Numbered from the stretch's first letter, positions 38,375 to 49,245 are shown. The stretch: 62,171 nt of DNA from Bacteroidota bacterium (GCA_030706565.1 JAUZOH010000001.1:1-62171), one strand, 5' to 3'. Numbers and translations: made by a program. The notes: generated from the sequence alone by a model not told the origin.

Positions 38375-41300
38375 AAAGCCATTTATGATACCAAGGTCTT
38401 TGAGTCGATGCCATAAACTGGGTTCCTGTACAAAGTGGTTGTCCATATCTAGAATATGCCTGAACATGTAGATTATGAAAAATTGCAGTTTCAGTCCCTT
38501 GACCCCCAACAGGATTTTCTACTGTAACGGAATAGTGGTTATGATTAATTCTAAAATCCTTTATCCCACCAAAACCCATCTCACTACCCATTCCAATAAT
38601 ATGCTTTCTAACTGTATTACCAGGTGTTCTTACTTCAACTGGGGAAGCTTTGGTTGAAAAATCAAAATCCCCATCATATATCCGACTTACACATAAATCA
38701 TGCTTATGACTATTTCCTCTAATTGTCCCCGGGTCTATATTAGTAGTATAATTACTACTAGGATTAAAATTCCCCGGTATATTAGTACTGAAATTATATT
38801 CTATATTTACCATTTTCCCAGCAGGAACAAGTTTTAAGATATCCTTAGCATCAGTGAATAAATACCTGCCTAAGGCGTTAACCGACTGATATATGTTTGA
38901 AGTCAGCCTCGGTAAATCATTTAGATGCCAAGCTTCATTTGGAGAAATCCATTTGTAATGCGGTTCGTATCCAAACCATTTATTCCATAACCATTCTTTA
39001 CCTAATGACCAATTTAATCCGACAAGAGCAGCAGAAAATGCAGCCCCAGAAACAAATCCTTTTTCAAAACTTCCGCCATAAATTAAATTATCAAAACCAC
39101 TCATCATCCCATTCCCAAAAATTGCAGCAGTCCCACCGATTGAAGTAAAACCATAACCAGACAACAAACTTCCACCTAACATAGCATAATTGCCAACAGT
39201 GTAAAGAGTAGTATTGTTATTGATTTCACCATAGGATCTCATAAAAGCACCCGCATCTATAAGTAAAATGCCTACCATAAGAAAAGGGAAATTACCATTT
39301 GGGTCAGAATACATTAATGGATTATTAAGTCCATAATTATAACGATTAAACGCTTGGCTATAGCCAATATCATCCATATAATTATCCGGGCTTATAAATA
39401 AACCCAAAGATGGGTCATATATTCGTGCATTCATATTAATAAGTCCTAAGTTATCTAAATGTTCTTGACCAACATAACCACGTGAAGTAAGACTAATGGA
39501 ATTTTCCAATTCTGCTGTTGTAAGTTTTGTCCCTGTATACGGATTACGCCGGTTACCCCACACATCAAAACTTAATCTTTGTTCATTGGTCCCTAGATTG
39601 TCAGTAATACATTTCAAAGAACCCAGATAATCAGAGTAAACATAATGTATTTTGTCTCCATCCGACTTCTGTTCAAAGATACCTATTAATGAGTTTCCTG
39701 CAAAAATATAATTGAGATGACGTACAGCACCGTTTTCCATAATTTGTTTTTCATAATTATCAAAATAATACCAGATATATTTAGTCGTATCATTCTGTGA
39801 ATAAACGGTTTTAAATCTTTGGTCATCAACCCCATAATCTATAGAAAGTGATTTGCTTTTAAGACTATCGGTTTCCATAATTGCAGACACTTTTCCTAAC
39901 TGGTTATATGTAAGGTCGTGCCTGGGTGGCCTATATCCTGTAGCTGCAGCCAACTTATCAATACAATGTTTGGAGGTTTCGTTATAAATATAGGTCCCGA
40001 CATCCGATTTATTGTCAATACGGTCGTTTACACCGCTTTTATATGTCATATGCAATGTTTCTGTATTTCCTACTGATACCGTAGATAAGCGATTTACATT
40101 ATCGTATGTAAAATTTTCCTGGAAACCATTCATCGTTGAACCATCAAACATATATTCCTTCCTGTAATCCAGTTGTTGCTTATTGTTAAACTGGTAATTA
40201 AAATCAACCACATTATCGGCAAAAATTCTATTAAGCCTATTTTCCCCATCATATCCATAAATTGTTGATTTACCGTTTCCCAATGTAACTTTTGTAATTT
40301 GGCCAAGGTCATTGACGTCAGAATTATTTAGCGACCAAATATTGATACCATCTTTTGTAATGGAGATAAGATCATTGCTTATATCATTGTAGCCATAAGT
40401 CAAACTCATATTATTGGGATAGGTAAGTTTGCTTACCCTGCTTTTATTATCATATTCGTATGTAAAAGTAAATTTATCATTTCCTTTGCTACGGGTTTTC
40501 TCGATGATCCTGTCAAAGCTATCATATTTATATAACATTCCTCCATTTGAATTATTAACTCCTGATAATAATCCTATTGTCCCCGGGGCATCATATGTAT
40601 AGTTGGTAATAAGATTCCCAATAGTTTTTGTTTTTACACGTCCTATACTGTCATAAACTATTGTGGTTTGATTATTTAAAGCATCTGTCTGTGATGATAG
40701 TTCCCCATAAATGTTATAATCGTAACTGGTAGTTCCGGCATCAGGATCTGTTAAAGTTTTCTGTAAACCGGTTTCATCAAAATAAGTAATTGTTTCAGCT
40801 CCTGAACCTCCATTGGGTTGTATACTCCTAGGGTTGGAATTTTTATAATACAGATAACTGATACTTCCCCCCGGGTCGGTTGTCGAAGTTAATAATCCTG
40901 CTGCGTCATATGTTTCTGTATAGGTTTCCCCGGTACTATAATGAGTTGTCGTTTTTCTGTCTATATCATCGGAATAACTGATAGTATCCGTAACTGCATC
41001 CGGTAAAGTTTGTTCAGTCAATCGACCATAGCCATCATACAAGTTGGTGGTTGTTTTAGTCGCACTTCCTGATGGCGGATATGGGTCGGAAAAAATCCAG
41101 CTCTGACCTAATGAATTATATTTACAATCAGAATAGGTAACTTTCCCATTAAAACCGGATACGGCTTCTCTTAGCAAATGTCCTACTGCATCGAAATATT
41201 CGGCACTGATAAAATGGTTGTCTTCATCAACCGATGACACATAATAAAGAGCATTGTCCGGTTTATAAGAGGTAAAATTACCATTATCTGCCCAATTTAT

Positions 41301-44300
41301 TAATGAAACTATTTTAGTTGCATCTGAAAAGGTCGTACTTGTAAGACCATCCCAATCATCAAATGTAAATGTGGTTGGTAAACGGTTCAAATCCCATTTT
41401 ACCAATGGATTTCCCCAATTATCGTAAGAGGTCTCCGTATAATGATTCAAAGAATTAAATTGCTTTTTTATAAATCTTTTATCATCGGTATATACTGCCG
41501 AATCTCTACGGTCACCAACAGTTGTAGAGATAACATTTCCTACTTCGTCATAAGTTAATTCTGTAGAAACGGCTTTTGTGGTTCCAGAAAAATCTGTTTT
41601 CTTTTTTACCGTACCGTTATCATTATACTCAAATGCTGTAGTAATAGAGAATTTACCATCCGTATCTTTGTGCGTTTGTTCGGTTACCACATTATCCGGT
41701 GCATTAGGGTAAGGGTTCAAATTATTTTTTAACCTTTGGGCATACCCATTGTAAATATTTTTCTTGGAAGCTACAATTTTATTACTGGTAGGATTTGTGT
41801 AATCAGTATAGTCAATTTCATTTGAAAGAATATTCCCGTTATTATCATAAGAAACAATAGAAGTAGTTGTGATTTTTTTCAGATAATCGGTTTGAGTTGA
41901 GATGCTGGGATATATAAATACATGCTTCAGCCCGTTAGGGAAAGCAGTCAATGAATAGGAAGAGAGTGGAGTATTTGAATCTGAAACAACTGTTGAACCA
42001 ACAATTGTCTTTGAATAAGTCGGAAAAGGTTGAATGTAATTTTTTGATCCTGATGATAAAGAAAACTCATAGTCTTGTTCAGAAGATGTATTCGTAAGGG
42101 AATCATATACCATAAATTTTCCAAAACCAAGAAATCCACGTTGTAAATCTTGAGTAGCATTAGCATATGAATATTTCTTTACAATATCCGATGATACGCC
42201 ATTTGGAATTGTGACCTTTTTTACTAAATATGCAGAGTTTCTTAATAATGCTAATGGAAATATAGGATTTGAATTTGAGGAATAATTAATTCCAACTGCT
42301 GTTGTAATATATGAAATACGTGTATTTTGACCTAAACCATCGAATAAGGAAGTCACCATTCCCCCTCCAAAATTGGTATTGGGTGTAGAATATAACCGCC
42401 ATCTCTGGGTCATATCTGTAGCACCATAACAGTCGTATCCAAAATTCATAAGATCAGGACGCCCATCTCCATTAAAATCACCAGAAACAAAAAGTTTAGC
42501 CTGTGCATCGTCCTCAGTATGCGATGTTGCAGTAGTTTTTGAAAGTGAAACATTATCCCCGGTAGATTGATACCAATAGGTATTGAAATAATTAAATATG
42601 CCCCAACTTTCTCCTGTAAAAGAATTATGACCAAATTCATAATCTGCATCAAAAACAATTAAATCAGATTTTCCATCATTATTAAAATCCGTAACAATAC
42701 AATTATGAGTTGCATCATCTTTATCTGTATAATCTTCATTCTGAGCGGTGACTGATGGTAAAAGTTTTTGGTCAAAACCTAAATTCCCATTATTTAATAA
42801 AAGGTACCAATTTGGAGACTCATGCTGGTTAATGACGAAATCAACCAAGCCATCGCCGTTAAAATCACCCGTTTTTATGATGTCACAAGTACTGTTTAAT
42901 ATGCCATCTACTAAATCCCCAACTGTAAAAGTGTTATCCCCATTATTTAAATAAATGATGTATTCATTATCAGTTAAAACCATAATATCATTTAATCCAT
43001 CTGCATTAAAATCTGCAATAAAAATATTTTTAGGAGCATTTGTCGTAGAAACATTAAAGTTAATCCAATTATTATCCCAATTTGTCGAACCAAACCTTAT
43101 TTTCCCAGGATAATTCATACTTGACGATTGACTATCTTCAATATATATAATATCATCTATTCCATCATTATTCAGATCTCCAATAGCATAAATTGGAAGT
43201 TTATCAGTACTGGATAGTAATTTTTGTGCAAAAACTGGAGTATTCTGATTATAATTAAGTACAAAAAAATCTATTTCATTCCAAGAATTAGTCTTATTAA
43301 AATATGGAACAATAATATCTGGAATATTATCACCATTCAAATTCTGAACACAAGACGTTGAAGAATAGCATTTAAAATCATCCCAAACTAAATTAGGTAT
43401 ATATTCATAGTTTGGTCCAAGCGAAAAAGATGTGATTCCTTCAGGAGAAATAGAGGCATAAAAAATTTGTACGACATTAACTTGAGACCAACTTTCTCCC
43501 CCATTATAATAAGAATAATGTTTATAAGGGAAAAAACTTATTAAATCAGTTAGTCCATCACCATTAACATCTCCAGTTGTCCAGTTCCTTTGTGAAAAAT
43601 TAACTTGATTATAATAAGAATCTTCCGGTAATAAAGGATTGTTTAGAGTTACTTTGTCAGAATTATAATCTCCCCATTTCAAATAAGTAGGATTTAGTTT
43701 AGTTCCATTCCCATTGCTTTCGGTTATTTTAGAAAGTCTTGAAAAAGCATCTTGAGTATATTCAAAATTATAAGTGCGAAATACCTGGTTTCCAGTTTTT
43801 GTAACAATTTTATACAATTCCTGGTCAATTTGTCCTTTTAAAGGGAAATAATGGATATTAATGGGATCATTACGGATTTCATAGAAGAATTCTAAAGAGC
43901 TGGAAGTACCTACTCCGGATTTATTGGTACCGTAAGAGATTTTTTTCAGATAAGTTACTAATCCTTTTTGCTCATAGGTATAACTAATAGTATTTCCAGA
44001 CACATCCACCACAGAGTCTAAGTACCAAGCCAATATGGCATTTGTCCCATTTGCACTATAAAGTGTACGTCCATTGGGACTTCCATATACATATTTTGTC
44101 CCATTTTTAGTATAAACTTCAAACCAGTTAGGACTATTTTTTCCGTATATTCCTTTAGATATAATATGTGAAAATGTCTCGTTTTCAGTACGATAAGTTG
44201 ATTCATCTGCACCGTAAATCCCAGTATTAGGAACAAGCCTGTTTCCATCCAAAATAAAGCGGTCTGTAGTATCAATGGCTAAACCGCTAACCCGATTATC

Positions 44301-44822
44301 ACTATATAGATTTTTAGGAACGCGGGTTATTGCAGAAAGTCCTGATAGATTACATCCCCATCCCAACAGTCCATTTCCTGTTTGACTATTATAAATAACG
44401 GAAATTTTAGGCTCTAGATTATTTAATCCTTTAGGTACAGATATAGGTATTTCGTAAGTAGCAGCTCCTGTAGGAGTAACATTAAAAAAACCGGTAAGTG
44501 TTCCGAAAGGCAAATTGGTATCAACTTTTCGGGTCGAAAGGTCAGGAGTGTTTGTTAAATAATTGGCAGGTAAATCTAAACTTTCATCAACGCTTGCATT
44601 AAATGCAGGATTAGAACTGGAAGCATAGCCATTTAAGGAACAATAAAACCCTGCTTTTAAAATAATACTATCCCTGGCATTTAAATTTACACAAGGAGAC
44701 AACACAGAAGAATCCTTGGTTATTGTGACACCTACTTCATTTGTACATTGAGCTTGTACAAAAACAATATTTATTAAAAAAATGCTGATAATAAACAGTA
44801 AGTAAAGAAAACTTTTTTTCAT
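38361..44822 (-). CDS. FG-GAP/VCBS + RHS/YD-repeat polymorphic toxin with a variable C-terminal domain
   Basis: 2153 aa with a signal peptide, a possible SpvB/TcdB-like N-terminal region and six D.N.DG..D blades (e.g. GDFNGDGLVDF). Many YD repeats are present (YDAAGLLTSTTDPGG, YDSIGRV...). The RHS core ends ...NRYNYGLNNPLMYSDPNGNFP and a ~308-aa tail follows. Confidence 0.85.
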   Translation of the reverse strand: MKKSFLYLLFIISIFLINIVFVQAQCTNEVGVTITKDSSVLSPCVNLNARDSIILKAGFYCSLNGYASSSNPAFNASVDESLDLPANYLTNTPDLSTRKVDTNLPFGTLTGFFNVTPTGAATYEIPISVPKGLNNLEPKISVIYNSQTGNGLLGWGCNLSGLSAITRVPKNLYSDNRVSGLAIDTTDRFILDGNRLVPNTGIYGADESTYRTENETFSHIISKGIYGKNSPNWFEVYTKNGTKYVYGSPNGRTLYSANGTNAILAWYLDSVVDVSGNTISYTYEQKGLVTYLKKISYGTNKSGVGTSSSLEFFYEIRNDPINIHYFPLKGQIDQELYKIVTKTGNQVFRTYNFEYTQDAFSRLSKITESNGNGTKLNPTYLKWGDYNSDKVTLNNPLLPEDSYYNQVNFSQRNWTTGDVNGDGLTDLISFFPYKHYSYYNGGESWSQVNVVQIFYASISPEGITSFSLGPNYEYIPNLVWDDFKCYSSTSCVQNLNGDNIPDIIVPYFNKTNSWNEIDFFVLNYNQNTPVFAQKLLSSTDKLPIYAIGDLNNDGIDDIIYIEDSQSSSMNYPGKIRFGSTNWDNNWINFNVSTTNAPKNIFIADFNADGLNDIMVLTDNEYIIYLNNGDNTFTVGDLVDGILNSTCDIIKTGDFNGDGLVDFVINQHESPNWYLLLNNGNLGFDQKLLPSVTAQNEDYTDKDDATHNCIVTDFNNDGKSDLIVFDADYEFGHNSFTGESWGIFNYFNTYWYQSTGDNVSLSKTTATSHTEDDAQAKLFVSGDFNGDGRPDLMNFGYDCYGATDMTQRWRLYSTPNTNFGGGMVTSLFDGLGQNTRISYITTAVGINYSSNSNPIFPLALLRNSAYLVKKVTIPNGVSSDIVKKYSYANATQDLQRGFLGFGKFMVYDSLTNTSSEQDYEFSLSSGSKNYIQPFPTYSKTIVGSTVVSDSNTPLSSYSLTAFPNGLKHVFIYPSISTQTDYLKKITTTSIVSYDNNGNILSNEIDYTDYTNPTSNKIVASKKNIYNGYAQRLKNNLNPYPNAPDNVVTEQTHKDTDGKFSITTAFEYNDNGTVKKKTDFSGTTKAVSTELTYDEVGNVISTTVGDRRDSAVYTDDKRFIKKQFNSLNHYTETSYDNWGNPLVKWDLNRLPTTFTFDDWDGLTSTTFSDATKIVSLINWADNGNFTSYKPDNALYYVSSVDEDNHFISAEYFDAVGHLLREAVSGFNGKVTYSDCKYNSLGQSWIFSDPYPPSGSATKTTTNLYDGYGRLTEQTLPDAVTDTISYSDDIDRKTTTHYSTGETYTETYDAAGLLTSTTDPGGSISYLYYKNSNPRSIQPNGGSGAETITYFDETGLQKTLTDPDAGTTSYDYNIYGELSSQTDALNNQTTIVYDSIGRVKTKTIGNLITNYTYDAPGTIGLLSGVNNSNGGMLYKYDSFDRIIEKTRSKGNDKFTFTYEYDNKSRVSKLTYPNNMSLTYGYNDISNDLISITKDGINIWSLNNSDVNDLGQITKVTLGNGKSTIYGYDGENRLNRIFADNVVDFNYQFNNKQQLDYRKEYMFDGSTMNGFQENFTYDNVNRLSTVSVGNTETLHMTYKSGVNDRIDNKSDVGTYIYNETSKHCIDKLAAATGYRPPRHDLTYNQLGKVSAIMETDSLKSKSLSIDYGVDDQRFKTVYSQNDTTKYIWYYFDNYEKQIMENGAVRHLNYIFAGNSLIGIFEQKSDGDKIHYVYSDYLGSLKCITDNLGTNEQRLSFDVWGNRRNPYTGTKLTTAELENSISLTSRGYVGQEHLDNLGLINMNARIYDPSLGLFISPDNYMDDIGYSQAFNRYNYGLNNPLMYSDPNGNFPFLMVGILLIDAGAFMRSYGEINNNTTLYTVGNYAMLGGSLLSGYGFTSIGGTAAIFGNGMMSGFDNLIYGGSFEKGFVSGAAFSAALVGLNWSLGKEWLWNKWFGYEPHYKWISPNEAWHLNDLPRLTSNIYQSVNALGRYLFTDAKDILKLVPAGKMVNIEYNFSTNIPGNFNPSSNYTTNIDPGTIRGNSHKHDLCVSRIYDGDFDFSTKASPVEVRTPGNTVRKHIIGMGSEMGFGGIKDFRINHNHYSVTVENPVGGQGTETAIFHNLHVQAYSRYGQPLCTGTQFMASTQRPWYHKWLYGIK

Positions 44823-44881
44823 TTGTTTGTTTTTTTATGCTTTAAAAGTCTGATTACTCAAACTTTTAAAAATCAATGTCT

Positions 44882-45361
44882 CTATTCTTTTATAATTTTC
44901 CATGTACTTATTTTATTTCCTAGTATAATTTTTAATATATAATCACCCGCCTGATAATTAGATAAATCAAGTGACATGTTACTGTTAACTGTTTTTTGAG
45001 AGATTAGAATTTTCCCTGAAATATTGAAAAGATATAAAGCTGAATTCTTTTCTTTATCATAACCTTGAATTTCCACTGTTAAATTTCCTTTTGTAGGGTT
45101 AGGATAAATAAGAATTTTTTGTTGACCCAATTTTTCTTCGAACATTTGTTTTTTTGTATTACTGGTATCAGTTTTAGCGACTAATGCAGATTTCTTTTTG
45201 GGAAGGGTTATTGTGCGTAAAACACGATTTCCAGCATTATCATACATATAAGATATGGTATCGCAATCATAATTTATTTTTGTTCGTGCATTGATATGAT
45301 TAATATCAAACAATGAATATATTATGGGGAAAAAAATTAATATAGGTATAAAAGTTTTCAT
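44882..45361 (-). CDS. Small T9SS C-terminal-domain protein carrying a single YD-like repeat
   Basis: 159 aa with a signal peptide, ISYMYDNAGNRVLRT, and then ILIYPNPTKGNLTVEI...GDYILKI (T9SS CTD). Confidence 0.55.
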   Translation of the reverse strand: MKTFIPILIFFPIIYSLFDINHINARTKINYDCDTISYMYDNAGNRVLRTITLPKKKSALVAKTDTSNTKKQMFEEKLGQQKILIYPNPTKGNLTVEIQGYDKEKNSALYLFNISGKILISQKTVNSNMSLDLSNYQAGDYILKIILGNKISTWKIIKE

Positions 45362-45827
45362 ATGTAAAAGATATAAGTTAGCATTCAGTTTGTAATTCGA
45401 TTTTGAAAACTATTCTATGGTTCTGTAAATATTTATGTTATTTTTATATTATCAATTAATAAAGTGAATATTACAGTTATATTATTTTATATTAAATATC
45501 ACTAGTGTCCACAAAACTTAATAATTAACTTTTATAACAAACAGATAATATGCAGATTTCATTAGTAAATGCCATGTCCACGATTTGAATTTTTATTTCG
45601 CAATTATGAACAAAACATAAAACTTAACTCATTTATAATAAACATATTTGTAAATCAAAATTAATACTTTTGAATTTTAAGTGGACACTAATGATTAAAT
45701 ATACATGTTAAAATTATGAAATATTTTAACTTTTAATTAATTTTTCTTTATAAATTTAATGTTAAAATTAATATTTTATATATTTAACATAAATAACTCA
45801 TTAATAATGATATAATAAAATTATAAA

Positions 45828-46823
45828 ATGAAAAAAACAGTTTTAATAACAGTATTAGTAAGTTTCTTTATTAATTCTTTTGCCCAATTAAAAGTTAGTT
45901 CAAGTAATAATGTAGGTATAGGGGATGTCTCTGATCCCGGTATATATAGATTATGGGTACAAAACGGAAATGCCCGCTTAATGTTTGGAGCTAATACAAA
46001 TGGTACGGGAGCTAACTTATTCAGATTGTGGAATAATGTAGGATCAGCATTGAGTATTAATTCATATAATAATTTGTATTCATCTTTTATTACAGATATT
46101 GGAGCGAATTATGCAGTAAACGGAGTAAATGGTTATACCCAATATTGCATCGTAGGTTCAAAGTATGCACCCATGATTCGTCTTAACGCAGATGAAGGGT
46201 CAATATCATTATTCGGTGAAAATGGTCCTACGACTAGTTCAAGCAATCGTAGTCTATACCACTGCCTCGGGGTTTATATAGCTTCTAATGGCAATGTAGG
46301 AATTGGAAACTATTCTCCATCAAGTGCACTTGATGTAAACGGGGATATTTACATATATGGATCTCTTGCAATAAGTTCAGATTCCAGACTTAAAGAAGAC
46401 ATTACAACCATTACTTCTTCTTTAAAAAACATTTCAAGTTTACGGCCGGTAAAATATAAATTAAAACAGGAAATAAATGAACCCACTTCCTTATTAGCTT
46501 CAAATAATCTTTCAGATTCTGCCAGAATGTCTTTGTCCAATATTAAGCAAAATACAGATACCGCTATTTTTAACCGCTATCATAATGGTTTCATCGCTCA
46601 AGAAATTCAAAAAATATATCCGGAACTGGTATATACAAATAAGAAAGGGATATTAAGTGTTGATTATATCGGTTTAATACCAATATTAACGAATGCTTTA
46701 AATGAACAGGAAACATTAATCGAAAAACAGTCTGCAACCATTAAAAGTCAGAATGATGACATAGCCCTAATTAAATCTCAGTTGGTTGAAATAGAGAAAC
46801 TGTTAGTAAAACAAAAAAATTAA
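45828..46823 (+). CDS. Tail-fibre-like protein with a peptidase S74 intramolecular chaperone domain
   Basis: 331 aa with a signal peptide. It contains SDSRLKEDITTI...LRPVKYKLK...GFIAQEIQKIYPELV...VDYIGLIPIL and a terminal coiled coil. Confidence 0.65.
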   Translation: MKKTVLITVLVSFFINSFAQLKVSSSNNVGIGDVSDPGIYRLWVQNGNARLMFGANTNGTGANLFRLWNNVGSALSINSYNNLYSSFITDIGANYAVNGVNGYTQYCIVGSKYAPMIRLNADEGSISLFGENGPTTSSSNRSLYHCLGVYIASNGNVGIGNYSPSSALDVNGDIYIYGSLAISSDSRLKEDITTITSSLKNISSLRPVKYKLKQEINEPTSLLASNNLSDSARMSLSNIKQNTDTAIFNRYHNGFIAQEIQKIYPELVYTNKKGILSVDYIGLIPILTNALNEQETLIEKQSATIKSQNDDIALIKSQLVEIEKLLVKQKN

Positions 46824-46864
46824 TGATAAGTATTTACTATTGACGAAAGAACCGGCGCAGCATA

Positions 46865-46987
46865 TTAGATGCTTATATCTTTAGAACGCTTCTATCCGAT
46901 GTCCGGGTGATAACAGAGACCTGGATGACGGATTATAATGAAAATAGACCTAAATATTCATTGGGAGACATGTCTCCCAATGAATAA
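46865..46987 (+). pseudogene. C-terminal remnant of an IS3-like (rve) transposase
   Basis: Translates to LDAYIFRTLLSDVRVITETWMTDYNENRPKYSLGDMSPNE* (W..YN..RP..SLG..SP motif). There is no upstream coding sequence. Confidence 0.55.
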
Positions 46988-47081
46988 GACTGAAATAAAT
47001 ATTACTAATTTAGCAGTCTAATTAATGACGGCCCTAAAAAGGGGAAGCTGACATCCGATCCGGTATATGACAGGTTTAAAA

Positions 47082-48677
47082 TTAATTTTGAACCAAAAAA
47101 TCGCTTTCAGCTAGAATTTCATGGAAATTTCTCTGTACTTCCGAAGATGTGACGGAATTTAAAATTTTCATGGGCATTTCAATTTCATCGTACATTTTGT
47201 ACCGGGCATTAAATGTTTTGTGGTTGGCATCAGCAAATACTCCATAGAACTCGCCGGCTTCCAATTGTTGAAATACCTGCGGGGGATAGATGTCTACCTC
47301 CCTTGGAGATCGGGTGGACGAACTGATAAAAAGATCCCCTTGCCGAATTGACTTGCTTGAAAATTCCTTGAACTCCTTACCAAACATTTTACTGTAACGT
47401 TCGGCCGTTTGAGGATCCCTCACCAAACCGTACATTTGATTGGCCAGGTTGGCCAATATCTTATCCCTTCCGATCCGTCCGTAAGTCCCCTCCCCTTGCA
47501 CCATATCCTGGCAAATAAAAAAAGTGATGATTTTATTTTCCCTTGCAGTAGCCGGGATATTATCAAAATTAGGAATCTTTATTGTAGTTCCTTCATCAAG
47601 CATCACAATGCTGGGGCTTTTGCCTTCCTGGTTCATCTGCTTTAAAGCCATATTAATGGTCAGGGCAATAACGGGAGAAAAAACATCTTCCAGAACCTGA
47701 TAATTTGAGATGCACAACAGTTTGGGCTCCTGTGGATTATTGAGGTCAAGGCTAAAATCATTCCCGGAAAGCACGTAAAACAACTCTGGCAGTGCCAGTT
47801 TTCTCATCCCGCTGGACATACTGGCCGCCACACCGGCCATCTGCTTTTCTGAAACGGCACTTTGCAAAAATGGAGCGGCAATAAGGGAAGCTTGTTTATT
47901 TTTGGATACAAAATCATATACTTTGCATATATCCTTATTTAAAGAAATAGCTACAGCATAAGGTAAAGAACATTGCTCAGGAAAATCTTCCTTTAGTCTC
48001 CACAGGATGCCGGCAAGACCAGATTCAGCGGCATCAATAAAAAAGGGGTCTTTGGATTCTTCAGAACCCTTAACAAGGTTTCTAATCAAGGTAGAAGCAG
48101 CTTGAGATGCGTAAGCAGGATTTTCAAGCATTTCTGGAGCTACCGGATTAACCCTTTCCGAATACTTTAAATCAAAGAAATTTACAAAATGTAACTTAAC
48201 CGAAGAATTGTATTTTTTATACATCGTTAAAGCACAGCAGGTCAGATCAAACTTTTTATAGTCGTATATCGCCCCACAGACATTTAAGCGGGCACAATTT
48301 TCAATGGTGGGCTTGGTTATACTTTTGGTTTTCCCGGAACCGGCCCCCCCAAAAACACCAAAGCCCCTAAATGGGTTTTCAATGATTAATTTCCCTTGAT
48401 CGGTATGATATATAAATTTAAAATCATCCGCTTCAATTTTTTTGTCAGAAATAAAATGTAAAAAAATGGCCAGGGCCAACGGAGGCAAAACATAGATGGC
48501 CAAAAATAAAAACAACCGAAAATTCCAGATTTTATTTAGGAATAAGCCAAAAAACAGAATGATTAAGGATATTGATATAATTCGTATTGGAATTTTGCGG
48601 AGCTTAATAATGAGATAAAATATACCGGTGAGTATTAAGTCAGCAAATAAAATAAAAAGTTTAGTCTGTAAGGTCAT
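47082..48677 (-). CDS. Type IV coupling protein (VirD4/TraG-TraD family; MobC-like)
   Basis: 531 aa with two or three N-terminal TM helices, Walker A GGAGSGKTKS and Walker B IVMLDEGTT. Confidence 0.8.
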   Translation of the reverse strand: MTLQTKLFILFADLILTGIFYLIIKLRKIPIRIISISLIILFFGLFLNKIWNFRLFLFLAIYVLPPLALAIFLHFISDKKIEADDFKFIYHTDQGKLIIENPFRGFGVFGGAGSGKTKSITKPTIENCARLNVCGAIYDYKKFDLTCCALTMYKKYNSSVKLHFVNFFDLKYSERVNPVAPEMLENPAYASQAASTLIRNLVKGSEESKDPFFIDAAESGLAGILWRLKEDFPEQCSLPYAVAISLNKDICKVYDFVSKNKQASLIAAPFLQSAVSEKQMAGVAASMSSGMRKLALPELFYVLSGNDFSLDLNNPQEPKLLCISNYQVLEDVFSPVIALTINMALKQMNQEGKSPSIVMLDEGTTIKIPNFDNIPATARENKIITFFICQDMVQGEGTYGRIGRDKILANLANQMYGLVRDPQTAERYSKMFGKEFKEFSSKSIRQGDLFISSSTRSPREVDIYPPQVFQQLEAGEFYGVFADANHKTFNARYKMYDEIEMPMKILNSVTSSEVQRNFHEILAESDFLVQN

Positions 48678-48679
48678 AA

Positions 48680-49215
48680 TATTTAAATTATAAAATATAC
48701 ATAAACTAAGTTAGCTACATATAATATAAATGTAATAGATATTATTTATTTAATTTATATTATATATAATATATTACTTATATATGATCTATTAATAATG
48801 AATACTATATATTTTATACATAATATTTAAAATATAAATATTATATCTACTATTAAAACATTTATAATATAAATCATATAATACATAATTATCAAATATA
48901 TAATATAATAATTAAATTAATTAATAAACATATTTAATTTAGTAATCCTATTTATGTTATGTATTATATAAACAATATTCATAATACAAATACACTTATT
49001 AATATTAATACTATTTATACAATATTAAATATATATATATTATTTATTTTATATTTACTATAAATATTATTTATAATATGTTCACTATAATCATTATTTA
49101 TAATATTAATACTATATTAAATATATATACGAATTATAATATTTTAATTAGTTAATTTAGTTAAATTATTTATAATATATAAAATATATGAATTATACCT
49201 AATATTCATAATACG
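48680..49215. other. ~540-bp almost pure A/T low-complexity block
   Basis: By eye there are only scattered G/C bases. It consists of tataat/ataata-type words and sits between the relaxase and coupling-protein genes. Confidence 0.8.
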
Positions 49216-49245
49216 CCAGCTATTCAACACAATTAAAATAGCACA

